From: an uncultured Acidimicrobiia bacterium
GTDB lineage: Bacteria; Actinomycetota; Acidimicrobiia; Spongiisociales; UBA5794
DNA: 64,000 nt
Assembly: GCA_963834375.1 (NCBI GenBank)
Contig: CAWIBM010000004.1
Span: forward strand, 277,150-341,149
Direction: 5' to 3'
The position numbers and the translations under genes were made by a program. Under the pieces are notes generated by a model. It worked only from the letters and a program-made list of their open reading frames with translations. It did no database searches and was not told the DNA's origin. This document shows positions 13,073 through 24,961 of this stretch, in pieces. Each line of letters starts with the position of its first letter. Within the stretch, counting starts at the first letter, position 1.

Positions 13073-14042
13073 CAGTCGCCCGGGGTCGGGTGCCGGATGG
13101 GCCTCGAGGACCGCCTCGATGATCCGATCGGGTCTCGATCCCGTCGGCCACCGCCTCGTAGCCGACCACCAGGCGGTGGCGGAGAGCCGCCGGGGCGAGC
13201 TCGCGGATGTCGTCGGCCGACAGATTGAGCCGGCCGTCGATCAGCGCCCTCGCCTTGCCCGCCAGCACCATCGCCTGGGCGCCGCGCGGGCTAGCCCCGA
13301 AGCGCACGTAGTCCCGCACCACCGGCATGGCGTCCGGTCGGTCGGGGTGGGTGGCGGTGACCAGGGTGGCTGCGTACTCCAGCGACGTGCGAGGCGGCGG
13401 GCACCTGGCGCACCATCCCGATCATCTCCTGCAGGTCACCGGGTCGGTGTGCGGCTTCACCTCGACGATCTCGGTGGCCGTGGTGCGCCGCAGGATGACG
13501 ACCAACTCGCCAATCGCCGGGAACGGGACGATCACCTTGAGCAGGAAGCGGTCGAGCTGGGCCTCGGGGAGGGGGTAGGTCCCCTCCATCTCCAACGGGT
13601 TCTGGGTGGCCATCACGAAGAACGGCCGCGGCAGCGGGTGGGTGGTGCCGCCGAGCGACACCTGGCGTTCCTGCATCGCCTCGAGCAGCGCCGACTGCGT
13701 CTTCGGGGTGGCGCGGTTGACCTCGTCGGCGAGCACCACGTTGGCGAAGATCGGCCCCTCGTGGAAGTCGAACCGCCCCTCGCTGAGGACGTTGGTGCCG
13801 ACGATGTCGGCGGGCATCAGGTCGGGCGTGAACTGGATCCGGCCGAACTCCATCGCCAGCGCCTCACCCAGGGTGCGCAGCAGCAGGGTCTTGCCCAGCC
13901 CGGGGACACCCTCGAGCAGGACGTGGCCCTCGCACAGCAGCCCGATGACGACCGAGCGGACCAGAGCCTGCTGGCCGACGATGACCCGGCCGATCTCGGT
14001 CTCGACGGCGGCGACGTTGGCAGCGAATTCGTCGGGGTTCAT
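13072..14042 (-). CDS. moxR: MoxR family AAA+ ATPase, frameshifted
   Basis: LLEGVPGLGKT, RIQFTPDLMPADI, DEVNRATPKTQSALLEAMQE, ATQNPLEMEGTYPLPEAQLDRF. Confidence 0.95.
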
Positions 14043-14054
14043 CAGTCGTGGTCC

Positions 14055-15630
14055 TCAAGGGTCGAGCTCCGTGAAGTAGATGCGTACCAGGTCCTGCATG
14101 CTCGGGGGCACCGCCATCCGGTCGAGGGCGTCGAGCGCCTGCTGCTTGGTACTCGGCGAACCGGTCGGCATAAGGGACCAGCGGGGTGTTATCAACCCTT
14201 CGCCGATGGTGCGGCCCCGACCTGGCCGGACGGGTCCGACGTGTCGAAGTCGACACGCTCCTCCTCGCCGGCGGCGCCGGGCGCCGGGTCGAAGATGGCT
14301 CCGCGGGAGGGTCGGCGACGTGGTCGTTGTCACCCTGTCCACTGCACGGTGCTTCCCGCCGCTCCCCGTGCCGCCGGTGCCGGGACTCGGGTTGTTCGCC
14401 CCCGAGCCCCCACCCCCACCGCCACCCTGACCTTGACCCTGCCCCTCCCCCTGCCCCTGGCCTTGGCCTTGGCCCTGACCTTGCCCCTGCCCCTGACCTT
14501 GCCCCTGCCGCTGCCCCTCACCTTCGCCCTGCCCCTCGCCCTTGCCCCTCTCCTGCGTCCCTGGCATCACCGAGCCGGCTCTGGAGGTCCCGGACGGTGG
14601 TGCGGGCGGCGGCGGCGCTGTCGGCGGCGGCGGCCCGGTCCTCGGCCGCCGAAGCAGCGGCGGCGGCGGAGGCGAGGGCGTCACCAGGGTCTCCGGTGCC
14701 CGCCATCGCCTGGGCGGCGGCGTCGAGACGGTCGCCCAGCTCGAGCGAAGTGGGTGACAGCAGATCGGACAGCTCGGCGAGCTGCTCGGCGGCCGCAGCC
14801 CGCTCCTCGGGAGACATCCACCGGCGCCCTCTCCGCCAGGTCGGCGAGCTGCTCGGACAGGCGAGTCGCCTTCGCCGATCGGGTCCTGGCGGAGCCGCTG
14901 TTCGACGCCGGACAGCGCCGCCCGCAGAGGCAGAGCGTCGGAGTCGTCGAGCTCGGCGAGCTCCGACCGTGTCTCCCCGAACTCGGCGACCGCCTCGTCG
15001 AGATCGTCCGCCTGCTCGAACTCCTCGGCGGCGCTCTCCAGGACGTCGGCGACCTCGTCGGCGGTGGCTTGGTCGGCTGCCTCACGCAGGTCTTCGACCG
15101 CCTCGGCGATCAGCTGCCTCGTCGGCCTGACGGCGATCCTGCTCGGCATCGGCGGGAGATGCGGGATCGCGAGTGCCAAGGCGCTGACCACGGCGAGGGC
15201 ACTCAGCCCCAGCAACCGGCGATCTGGGAGTCAGCCGGCCGAAACCGGCGAGCGCCCGGCCCTCGGCCCATGCCGCTGCCCGGCCCACCTGGGCGTCCTC
15301 GATGGGCGAGCGGGCGTCAAGGGCGAAGAGCTCGAGAGCGGTCGAGACCTGGTCCTTGGCACCGAGCCGGGTGTCGAGCTCGATCGCAGCCCGGCGCAGC
15401 GAGGGGCGCCGCAGGCCCGTCCACAGCCGCGCCCCGACCACGGCGCAGACGACGGCAATCACGACAGCGGTGTCCGACCACGGGAGCACGACGAGCCGGG
15501 CGATCCCGAGGAGCAGCGCACCTGCGGCGGCGACGATCCCGACCGACGTGGCCAGGCGGCGGAACAGATCCATGGCCATCAACCGGCGGCGAGCCGCCAC
15601 GACGACGCGGCCGATCGAGTCAGGCGGCAT
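14055..15630 (-). CDS. MoxR-operon membrane protein with coiled coil and GQ-rich region
   Basis: N-terminal TM helices, acidic helical region, GQ repeat, ends QDLVRIYFTEL. Confidence 0.7.
14425..14547 (-). repeat. Coding hexamer tandem repeat encoding (GQ/GE)n
   Basis: Run of degenerate CC(C/T)TG(C/A/G) units on + strand, translating as GEGQGEGEGQRQGQGQGQGQ. Confidence 0.85.
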
Positions 15631-16755
15631 CGGCGGTCACCTCCTCGCCGGGCGCGACCGCGACGGAAGGCCGGGGAGCCGACGCAGTCGACGCCGCGGC
15701 ACCGTCACCAGCCGGCTCGACCGCCACAGGGCGAGCGCGGTGACCAGCGCCTGGAACACGAGCACCCGCCACCAGATGGCGCCACGGATCGGGTCCACCT
15801 CGGTGGGGGCGGGCAGCATCGGCGAGATCGCCGACCTGGGCGACGGCTCGGTCCTCCAGGAACGCTCCCTCGGCCACGCCACCGCCGAACCGGGCGAACG
15901 GGTCGTACAGCATGTCGGCGTCGGCGGCGGCGAACCCCTGGCGTTTGATCAGCACGCTTCGGAACGGCTGGTACGGCGACGGGACGATCTCGCCCCCGAA
16001 GCGGAGTACCTCACTGGAAGCGTCGACCAGGCCGAGGTACGGGTTGACCCACGACGAGTACAGCTCCCGGCCGTCGTCGCGGGGCAGGCCCTGGCTGTAG
16101 CGGGTGCGCCCGGTGTCGTCGGGAGCCAGCAGCACGACCTCGGCGGCCACCAGGGCGAAGCCGCCGAACACCAGAGCGGCGGCGACGACGTACGAACCGA
16201 GCACCGCTCCCTGCATGCTCCGCGCCCGGGCCGAGATCCACATCGACACCGCGCCGATGGTGACCGCGGTGCCCGCCACCATGACCATCCCCATCACCGC
16301 CTGGGCGATGGTGACGCCCCCGAGGAGCACCGGGACCGCCAGCAGCGGCAAGGAGACCACGAGCAGCAGCAGGATGAACGCAAGCGACGACGCCAGCTTG
16401 CCGGTGATGATCCGGGTGCCGCTGAGCTGGCTCACCTGGAGGAGGGGCAAGGTTTGCCGCTCCCGTTCGCCGACGATGGTGACCGCCGCCTGGCCGGGCA
16501 CCACGAACACGGCGGCGGTGAGCAGCCCGAGCAGCAGGCTGTGGAGGATGAACGGGCCCATCGACGAGGCGGCGAACACCGAGCCCAGCCCGGCAAGCCC
16601 CGACGACGTCGATCCTGGTCTCCGCCGAATTCCGCGCCACCACGTAGGAGAGGAAGGTGACCACACCGGCGGCCATCACCCACACCGAGATGAGCAGCGG
16701 CGAGCGGAGCGCTCCGGAACCGTTCCTGCAGCTCGCGGCGTGCCACCGGGTTCAT
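15620..16755 (-). CDS. ABC-2 type transporter permease, frameshifted
   Basis: MNPVARREL, IVGERERQTLPLLQVS..IITGKL, multiple TM helices. Confidence 0.85.
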
Positions 16756-17714
16756 GTCGCCGGCCCGTGGGCGGTCGCCCCGGCATCGGCTGCGGTGAGC
16801 TGGAGGAAGAGGTCCTCGAGACCCGGCCCCCTCGATCCGCCACTCGGAGACCGCCACCCCGTTCCCCACCAGATCGCCGAGGATGACGGCGGACACGTCG
16901 TCGCCCCCGTCGAAGCGCAGCCGGATCATGGAACGCTCGGTGTCGAGGTCGGACACCTCCGGTCGCTGCCTTGAGCACCGCCTCGGCCCGTTCGACGTGG
17001 CCGTCCTCGATCCGGGCGGTCACCCTCCGGGCGGCGAGGATCTGCGCCCGCACCTCGGGCATGCTGCCCTGGGCGAGGATGCGGCCGTGGTCCACAACGG
17101 CGAGGTGGGAGCAGATGCCTTCCAGCTCGGACAGGATGTGCGAGCTGATGACCACGGTGCGCTGCATCCGGTGCAGCTCCCCGATCAACTCGCGCAGCTC
17201 GACCCGGGCCCGAGGATCGAGCCCCGAGCGCGGGCTCGTCGAGCACCAGGAGGGCCGGGTCGTGGATGAGGGCGCCGGGCGAGCGACAGCCGCTGCTTCA
17301 TCCCCCGCGACAGGGTGTTGACATCGGCGCTCGGCCTTGTCCTCGAGATCGACGAGGGCGAGCAGGTCGGCGACCACGGCGGGCCGGGCCGAGGGGCGGA
17401 TCCGCTGGGTGGCGGCGAAGAAGTCGAGGTACTCGGCGGAGGTGATGCCCTCGTAGACCCCGAAGAAGTCGGGCATGTACCCGACGTGGCGACGCACCGA
17501 CATCGGGTCCTTGGCCGGGTCGATCCCACCGACGCGGACCCGGCCGCCGTCACGGTCGAGCAGACGACGTCATGATCAGCATCGAGGTGGTCTTCCCGGC
17601 GCCGTTGGGACCGATCAGGCCCAGCACCGAGCCCTCGGGGACGACCAGGTCGGCATCACGAAGGGCATGGATCTTGCCGTACCGCTTCTCCACGGCTGAG
17701 AACTCGACGATCAC
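16752..17714 (-). CDS. ABC transporter ATP-binding protein, frameshifted
   Basis: GPNGAGKTT, LSRGMKQR, LDEP..GLDPRAR, ISSHIL. Confidence 0.9.
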
Positions 17715-19833
17715 GCCGACCACCTCAGTGCGAACTGCTGGAGCCGCAGCGAGGCGTCGACGAAGACGTCGCCATCCCCGATCGAGGCCCGGACCAGCAT
17801 CTCGCCGCCGGCGGAGAGGTGTCGGGCGGGGTCGATCGTCCACTCCCACCCGAAAGGGACGAACCGGCCGTCGTCCCAGTCCCAGATCTCGACCTCCTCG
17901 AACTGGGTGGCCACCCGCCCGATGGCGGCGGGGGCGGCCACACCCCCGGGAACGGCATAGCGGAGAACGACCGAGTCTGCGCCGTAGGCGAAGATCTCCT
18001 CGCCGTAGCGCTCGATGCTCGACGCCCCGTCGACGGAGAGCAGCTCGGGGGCGGCCGAGCCCAGCCTGACCAGGTCGGCGTCGGTGGGCTCGAAGCGACG
18101 CACCACCAGCGTCGTTCCCGTGCTCGGAGCCGTCCTGCCGTCGACGTCGACGTCGACGTCCCGCTCGGTGGTGACCGCGTAGACGTACGGACGCGCCGTC
18201 TTTCAGTGCCGGCCAGGTTGCCTCCAGGTGCCCCCCGAGCAGCCGGACCACTTCGTAGTCGACCTGCCCGAACGACATCCCGGACACCACCGCAGGCTCG
18301 GGGAGTGCGGCCCGCCCGCCGACCACCTCGACGGTGCCGGTGTCACCGGAGGCAACGGCTCCCGGGAGGAGAACCCGCGGCCGTCGACCACGACACCCCA
18401 CGAGACGAGGTCCCACGGCGTGTCGTTGGCGACGGTGACGGCGAAGCCGTACTCGCCGGCGCGAGTGACTTGGTCTCGAGGTCGACCGGGTCGGCCTCCC
18501 AACGAACCCGGGTCGATCCCAGCCCGAGATCGGCGAGGTCGAACACCCACGGTCGGCGTCGACCACCCCTTCGGTCATCACCGCCCCGGCGTGCGGCGCC
18601 GGAGGGCAATGCCTGCCATCCGTCGCCGAGGGCGAGGACGTGCTCTCCTGCGACGCCACCTGGACCAGCAGCCCGGTGTCGACGACGGCGCCGGCCGGCG
18701 CCGTCGTCGACCACGACCGAGGCGTGGCTGGCGGTGTAGTCGATGACCTGGGACCTGCCAACGAACCAGAAGCCGACCAGGAACACGACGCTCAGCACCG
18801 GGATGGTGGCCCACGACCACTCCGGCTTGCCCACGGCCCGCAGCACCAGCATGTTGACCGGGCCCACCAGCACGATGAACAGGAGGATGCCCCCCAGCAG
18901 CCAGGGCAGGGCTGGGACCGCCGCCTCCTGGCCGGTGGAGGCCGCCACCACCAGCCCCGCCTCGAAGACCCATGCCGGCGGAGTCGATGATGTCCAGCGC
19001 CCCCGGGGTGTCGCGGAGGACCGGCTCCACTCCTCGCGGGTGACCTCTTCGGGCGACGCGGAATCACTCCCAGCTCGCCGGCGCCCGAGCCGGGTGAGGG
19101 TCGATCCCCGTTCCGGCGAGCAGGGCCCCGCCGGCCGGCTCGGCGATCTCGGCGAGATCGGCGCGGTCGCCGAGCAGGCGCCACCGTCCCGCACCCAGCC
19201 CGTCAGAGTCGACCACGCCTCGTCGGTCGAGGCGGGCCTGACGGATCCGGGCCCGGCCACGATGTAGCCGATCGGGGCGATGCGGGCGTCGAGTCGGTCG
19301 GGGTCGAGGCGGACGACCTCCGGGGTGTCGCTGCAGGGGCGTGGTGCGAGCGGACCTGAGGGCGGTATCGATGCCTTCGACGCCGAGCACGCCGACCACC
19401 TCGGTCTCGGGGCGGCGGGCTCGACCGGCATGCGACGCGACCTCGTCACCGGCTCGTCGCGGAGGGTGACGGTGTACGAAGCGCCCCCTGCCGGCGGCCG
19501 GGCTCTCCAAGCGGTACTGCTTCACGCCACCCGCCGGCACCTCGACCGCCATCGCGGTCGTTCCACGGAACTCAGCTCCAGCGTCCCCACCACGAGCTGC
19601 TGTGACCCGAGCTCGACGTCGACCACCAGCGGGGCGTCGTCGGCGACCAGGCCGTCGAGGCCGGCGAGACGTCCATGGTGACCGGGCCGGCGGCGTCGTC
19701 GTGGTGGTGGCATCGGCGCCACCGTGGTCTCGGGCGCCTCCCGGCGAACGCCGGGGACGACCACGCCGAGGCCGAGGACGACGGTGGCCACGACGGTCAG
19801 CCCGAGGCGGGCCGGCGGCAGGGTGGTTCGCAC
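17711..19833 (-). CDS. Large membrane protein of MoxR/ABC operon, heavily frameshifted
   Basis: Signal-like N-terminus and LFIVLVGPVNMLVLR..WSWATIPVLS TM hairpin. Stop overlaps start of the ABC ATPase gene. Confidence 0.65.
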
Positions 19834-19929
19834 GATGATCAGACGCCGATCGAAGAAGTCGGCGGTTCCCGGCGGGACGAGGCGCAACGCTACCCAGGAT
19901 CGGGCGCCAACCGGCGCCACCCCGGTGCC

Positions 19930-20201
19930 TCAGGACGAGCGTCGACGCAGCGCCCGGCGCCGGCGCTCGGTGGTGCCGCCCCAGACGCCGAACAGCCTCG
20001 CGGGCCTCGAGGGCGTAGTCGAGGCACTCGCTTCGCACCGGGCAGCGGGCGCACACCGCCAAGGCCGCCTCCTCGGAGGCCTCGTCCTGCGGGAAGAACC
20101 ATTCGGCGGTGGCGTCCCGGCAGGCGGCGAACACCGCCCACGGCCGCTCGTCGGTGATCGGAACCGGGCATCATCCCGCCGGTCATCGATGCCGTCTCCA
20201 T
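19930..20201 (-). CDS. whiB: WhiB family Fe-S transcriptional regulator, frameshifted
   Basis: AAC..WFFP..VCARCPVRSECLDYAL and GVWGGTTERRRR in an adjacent frame. Confidence 0.9.
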
Positions 20202-20345
20202 CGGTGCTGCTCCTCCGAGGTCGCCGCCGCCCCAGTGGTCGCCGGCTGTCGTGTTGACGCCGCCGCCGGTCGGTTTGGTTCCCGAGAGACCCGTCGGTGA
20301 CCGGGCCGCCTACAATCGGCAGCCGTCTGAGCGCCGAGGGGAACC

Positions 20346-20787
20346 TTGCTCTACTTCGCGTACACCGCGCGGATCGACCCGGTGCGGATGGCTGCCGCCG
20401 CCCCCGGAGCCGAGTTCCGCTTCATCGCCCATCTCCCCGAGCACGGCCTGGAATGGCCCATCGCCGACGGTGGGGGCGGTGGCCTCCCCAGCCTCATCCC
20501 GAACCCGGCCGCCACGGTGTGGGGCGCGGTGTTCGCCGTCCCCGAGCCCGAGTTCCCCGCCCTCGACGAGGCCGAGGTCGCCGAGGGACGGAGCGGCCTC
20601 GACCACCCAGGTGATCGACCGCACCGGCAAGCGGCACACCGTCAGCGTCCATGTCGCCGCCGCCGGCAGCGGGAACGGCCACCAGCCGTCAGCCGCCTAC
20701 GTCGACCTCATGCTCGACGGATCACGCCATTGGGCGCTCCCCGCCGGCTGGATCGCCGGCCTCGAAGAGCCCTGCCCCGCGCCCTGA
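20346..20787 (+). CDS. Gamma-glutamylcyclotransferase-fold protein, frameshifted
   Basis: LYFAY, VWGAVF..LDEAE, PSAAYVDLMLDG..ALPAGWI. Confidence 0.7.
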
Positions 20788-20846
20788 TCGCGTCGGCCCC
20801 GGGCCGGACCGTCCCGGAATCGGCCGCTCCGGTCTACCGTTGAATC

Positions 20847-21205
20847 GACGAGCCCGGGAGGCGACCGCGGTTCCGCCTCTTCGGAGGCGGGTCGAGGAAA
20901 GTCCGGACTCCACAGGGCAGGATGCTGGGTAACACCCAGGCGGGGCGACCCGACGGAAAGTGCAACAGAGAGCAGACCGCCGATGGGCCTCGCGGCCACA
21001 GGCAAGGGTGAAACGGTGGTGTAAGAGACCACCAGCGCCCCGGGTGACCGGGGCGGCTCGGTAAACCCCATCCGGAGCAAGGCCAAGCAGGGACAGGGTG
21101 GCCCGCCCGTCACGTCCCAGGTGGGCCGCAAGGAACCCGGCAGCAATGCCGTGGTCGAGAGAGATGGTCGCCCACGACAGAATCCGGCTTACACCCGGGC
21201 TCGTC
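20847..21205 (+). ncRNA. rnpB: RNase P RNA, bacterial type A
   Basis: GAGGAAAGTCCGGACTCC, GGAAAGTGCAACAGA, GGTAAACCCC, ACAGAATCCGGCTTA, and P1 helix GACGAGCCCGGG/CCCGGGCTCGTC. Confidence 0.97.
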
Positions 21206-21209
21206 ACAC

Positions 21210-21884
21210 TCACTCTGATGCCTGATCGGCAGGCCGTCTCGAGTGAGCCTCGCAGCCTCCAGCTCGAGGCTGCGGTCGGCCGACCAGGCGTGGGCGGCGC
21301 CGAGCGAGGCGACCGCCGCCCGGGCATAGGTGCGGGCGGTGGCCTCGTCCTCGGAGGCAGCCAGGTCGGTGACGAGTCGCCGGATCGGCACGGCGAGCGC
21401 CGGACCTGCCGTGGCCACCATGTCGACCTGCCAGGCTCCATCGACCAGGTGGGTGATCACCTCGGTGGTGGCGTCGCCGACACCGACGGTGACCGCGGCG
21501 TACCGCTCCCCCTCGGACGTGAACTCCTCGGCGCCGACGATGGTCACCTCGTCCAACGGCATCCCGAGGACTTCCTCGAATCCCTCGGCGAAGCTCTGCC
21601 AGTACGAGGAACGGGTGGCCTCCGGGAGCCCGGTGGCGGCCACCGCGGCGAGCTGCTCGCGGGTGAAGGCGTTCTCGGCACCGGCGAGCAGGGCGAGGTC
21701 GACGGGGTCCACCAGCCGGTCGATCGTGTCGACGTCGTCGTCGGCGATGGCCCCGAGCCAGTCGGCGACGGCGGCTATCGGCGTGCACCGGGACCTCGGT
21801 CTCGGTAGTCGCCTCATCGCCGCACCCGCCCGCCAGGATGGCGAGGAGGAGAGGGAGGGCGAGCAAGGCGAACCGTTCCCGCAT
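21210..21884 (-). CDS. Hypothetical lipoprotein, frameshifted
   Basis: MRERFALLALPLLLAILAGGC lipoprotein signal followed by an acidic domain. 3' end approximate. Confidence 0.65.
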   Translation of the reverse strand: MRERFALLALPLLLAILAGGCGDEATTETEVPVHADSRRRRLARGHRRRRRRHDRPAGGPRRPRPARRCRERLHPRAARRGGRHRAPGGHPFLVLAELRRGIRGSPRDAVGRGDHRRRRGVHVRGGAVRRGHRRCRRRHHRGDHPPGRWSLAGRHGGHGRSGARRADPATRHRPGCLRGRGHRPHLCPGGGRLARRRPRLVGRPQPRAGGCEAHSRRPADQASE

Positions 21885-21938
21885 GGCCGCCGAGCCTACC
21901 GAAGCCCTCCGCACAGCCAACCTCGTACACTCGCCGCG

Positions 21939-22298
21939 GTGTGGTCGCAGGGCCGGGCGCTGGGGATCGGGCTCACCGCCGGGTTCATCGGCGGCCTGTT
22001 CGGGGTCGGCGGCGGGCATCATCGTGGTGCCGGGACTGGTGCTCCTGCTCGGCTTCTCCCAGCACCAGGCATCGGGAACGTCGACGGCGACGATCGTCGC
22101 CATCGTCGGCGGCGGCCGTCGTCGGGTTCGCCGCCGGCGGCGAGGTGGACGTGCCGGCCGCCGCCGCGCTTGCTCGCCGGTGCCGGGCTGGGGGCGTGGC
22201 TGGGGGCCCGCTACCTCGACCGTGTCCCCGAGCTGTGGCTGCTGCGGGGCTTCATCCTGCTGCTGGTGTTCACCGTGGCGCGGCTGGCGATCACGTGA
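21939..22298 (+). CDS. Half-size TauE/SafE (TSUP) membrane protein, frameshifted
   Basis: AGFIGGLFGVGGG, IIVVPGL, HQASGTS, GAWLGARY. Confidence 0.75.
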   Translation: MWSQGRALGIGLTAGFIGGLFGVGGGHHRGAGTGAPARLLPAPGIGNVDGDDRRHRRRRPSSGSPPAARWTCRPPPRLLAGAGLGAWLGARYLDRVPELWLLRGFILLLVFTVARLAIT

Positions 22299-22641
22299 CG
22301 ACCGCCATCGCCCTCGTCGCCATCGGGCTGGTCGCCGGGATGTTGGGGGCGTCGCTGGGCATAGGCGGCGGGGTGATCTTCGTTCCCGCCCTGGTGCTGG
22401 TCGCCGGGTTCGGGCAACACCTCGCCGAAGGGACTTCGTTGGCGGTGATCCTGCCCACCGCCATCGTGGGCACCTGGGTCCACCATCGCCACCGCCGGGT
22501 CGTCTGGCCGACCGCGGTAGCCGTCGGCCTCGCTGGGATCGTCGGCGCTGTCGCCGGCGCCCGATTGGCCCTGTCGCTCGACGGCACGGTGCTCCGCCGC
22601 CTCTACGCCGCCCTGCTGCTCGTCGATCATCGTTCAGCTGA
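22295..22641 (+). CDS. Half-size TauE/SafE (TSUP) membrane protein
   Basis: AGMLGASLGIGGGVIFVP, HLAEGTSL. GTGA overlap with the previous gene. Confidence 0.8.
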
Positions 22642-22669
22642 CCATCCGCAGCGTCCACATGGCCAGGGA

Positions 22670-23237
22670 TCAGCGGGAGAACAGGGCCGGGTCGTCAACC
22701 TGACCGGTCGATGGGGACGTCCACCGTCCCGGTCGCCAGGAACCGGCTGCGGGCCACCGGGTCCAAGAGCCGGGCCCGACCGGCCAGAGCACCACGAGGT
22801 AGGCGAGACCGATCGCCTCCAGCACCCACACCAGCGGGATCGGTGAGCACCGAGACCACGTAGTCCCCTGCCGATGCCGCTCCCGACGGGCGTGAACCCG
22901 AGGCCCAGGAAGGGCCACCACAGCGTCTCCTGGTCCTGCCACATGGCATCGAGGAAGAGGTGGAGCAGCATGCCGATGGCGATCAGCATCCACCGCTTCC
23001 GGGGTCGGCCCCGTCTGGTGCGCATCACCACCGCCACCATCACCACGGCGGAGACCAGCAGGGTGTGGCGTGACCAGATCGCACCGTGTGGAACCGGTCG
23101 AAGAGGGCTAGCCCGACCGGGGTGTCGATCAGGTCGGCGAGGAGCGCCCCGAGGACGAGGAACCGGAGGTCCATCCGGGGGTCTCGGAACGTCGTCCGAG
23201 CGATGGCGATCGTCGCCCCGGCGTGCCAGAAGATCAC
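22670..23237 (-). CDS. Membrane-bound metal-dependent hydrolase, frameshifted
   Basis: IFWHAG, GALLADLID, HTLL, LHLFLDAMW, TLWWPF. Confidence 0.8.
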
Positions 23238-23266
23238 CGGGCGGCCCACACGCCCTTTCCCGGGCG

Positions 23267-23971
23267 TCACGGGACGAGGATCGCCCGGCAGTGCACGCAT
23301 CGCGGCGGGTCGTCGCGCAACGCTTCGATCCGCTCGGGGGCGGTGAGCCGCAGGTGGCAGGCGCCACACACCCCGTCGCTCAGCCGGGCGGCGGCGACCC
23401 CGTCGTCCATCGTCGGCCGGATCGACTCGTACAGCTCGAGGACGTCGGGGTCGATCGCGGCCACCACCTCGCTTCGGTATCCCTGTTGGACATCGAGCTT
23501 GGCGTCGATCTCGGCCCAGGCGGCGCTGATCACCGCCTCGCGCTCCCCCTTCACCCCTTCGGCGGCAGCCACCTCGCCTTCGAGGCGTTCCAGGCCGGCG
23601 GTGAGCTGATCCTTGCGGTCCATGAGAACGAGGACGCCCTCCTCACGGTCGCGTTGCTGGTTCTTGAGCATCTCGACCTCGCGCCGCAGGTAGTCGGCGT
23701 CCCGGGCACTCAGCCCACCGGCGTAGAGGCGGTTCTGCTCCGTGGCCACCCTCGCCTCGTTGAGGTCGAACTCACCGGAGACCCGGTCGAGGTCGAGTGA
23801 CGTCTGCCGGAGGTCGGCGGCGGTTCGGTCGCGTTCCGCGGTCAAGCCGGTGAGGTGCTGGTGCGCCGCCCGGTACTCCTCGAGCGCCGGAAGCGACTGC
23901 CGGTCGTGGCGGAGGCGGTCGATCTCGGTGTCGACGTCCTGGAGGTCGAGCAGGTTGCTCAGCCCTGTCAT
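23267..23971 (-). CDS. C4-type zinc-ribbon coiled-coil protein (DUF164-like)
   Basis: LLDLQDVD, long coiled coil, [13 protein letters not shown]. Confidence 0.92.
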   Translation of the reverse strand: MTGLSNLLDLQDVDTEIDRLRHDRQSLPALEEYRAAHQHLTGLTAERDRTAADLRQTSLDLDRVSGEFDLNEARVATEQNRLYAGGLSARDADYLRREVEMLKNQQRDREEGVLVLMDRKDQLTAGLERLEGEVAAAEGVKGEREAVISAAWAEIDAKLDVQQGYRSEVVAAIDPDVLELYESIRPTMDDGVAAARLSDGVCGACHLRLTAPERIEALRDDPPRCVHCRAILVP

Positions 23972-24107
23972 CCGGTCCAACCGCGCCTCCTCGCTCTCCC
24001 GCGCCGGGCGGCAGGGTACCGGATGCGTGACGAAGCCGACCGCCGGCATATCGCCGCCGCACGGGCTGTTGAGTCGTGGGAAGATCAGAGAAACCGCAGG
24101 AGGGCCG

Positions 24108-24762
24108 ATGTTCCGCAAGATGACCACCATGCCCGACGCCGGCGAGGCGCTCCCCGGCCGATCCGAGGCAATGCAGGTTCCCGACACCCACTTCGTGCTC
24201 GGGACGCCGACCAAGCCACCGTGGCCCGAGGGTCACGAGACCGTGCTACTTCGGAATGGGGTGCTTCTGGGGCGCCGAACGGATCTTCTGGAAGATCGAC
24301 GGCGTGCACACGCACTGCTGTCGGATACGCCGCCGGCGTCACCCCGAACCCCACCTACGAGGAAGTCTGCACCGGGCCGCACCGGGCACAACGAGGTGGC
24401 GCTGGTGGTGTTCGACCCGGCAAAGGTGTCGTTCGAGACCTTGCTGGCGGCGTTCTGGGAGAACCACGACCCCACCCAGGGAATGCGTCAGGGCAACGAC
24501 GTCGGCACCCAGTACCGGTCCGGGCATCTACGTCACCACCGATGAGCAGCGTGAGATCGCCAAGCAGTCGAAGGACCGGTACCAGGAGCTGCTCGGCGGC
24601 TCCGGGTACGGCATGATCACCACCGAGATCCTCGACGCCGGCCCCTTCTACTACGCCGAGACCTACCACCAGCAGTACCTCGCCAAGAACCCCAACGGGT
24701 ATTGCAACCACGGCTTCTGCCAGGTGAGCTACTCCGCGCCGGAGGCCGGGTCGGAGTCGTGA
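24108..24762 (+). CDS. msrA: Peptide-methionine (S)-S-oxide reductase, frameshifted
   Basis: [38 protein letters not shown]. Confidence 0.95.
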
Positions 24763-24932
24763 GCCTTGGGAATCAGCGGAGACGCGCTCCTTGTCAGAGC
24801 AGGTAGCCCTCGACTCCGCTGAGGCCAGCTGAGTCCCCCGTTGTGCCCCGCAATCCTTGCGAACAAGAGGACGTTGGTGTGGCTGTCGGTCACATCGATC
24901 AGGACCGCATCCGGCGTGAGGCTCCATTACGA

Positions 24933-24954
24933 AGTCGGGGTTCCGGCATAGGCT
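24933..24954 (+). promoter_or_regulatory. Putative RecA-NDp/PafBC-type leaderless promoter
   Basis: AGTCGG-N10-TAGGCT, one mismatch to TGTCGG-N10-TANNNT, 7 nt before ATG 24962. Confidence 0.45.
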
Positions 24955-24961
24955 GGCGTCG

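Noticed and set aside
14425-14547. Non-coding repeat or collagen-like gene
   Set aside because: In-frame GQ low-complexity linker with period 2 aa, not Gly-X-Y.
12975-15743. 922-aa plus-strand ORF and similar long Arg/Pro-rich ORFs
   Set aside because: Antisense shadows of real minus-strand genes in high-GC DNA.
20697-21441. ORFs overlapping rnpB
   Set aside because: Explained by the RNase P RNA and the neighbouring gene.
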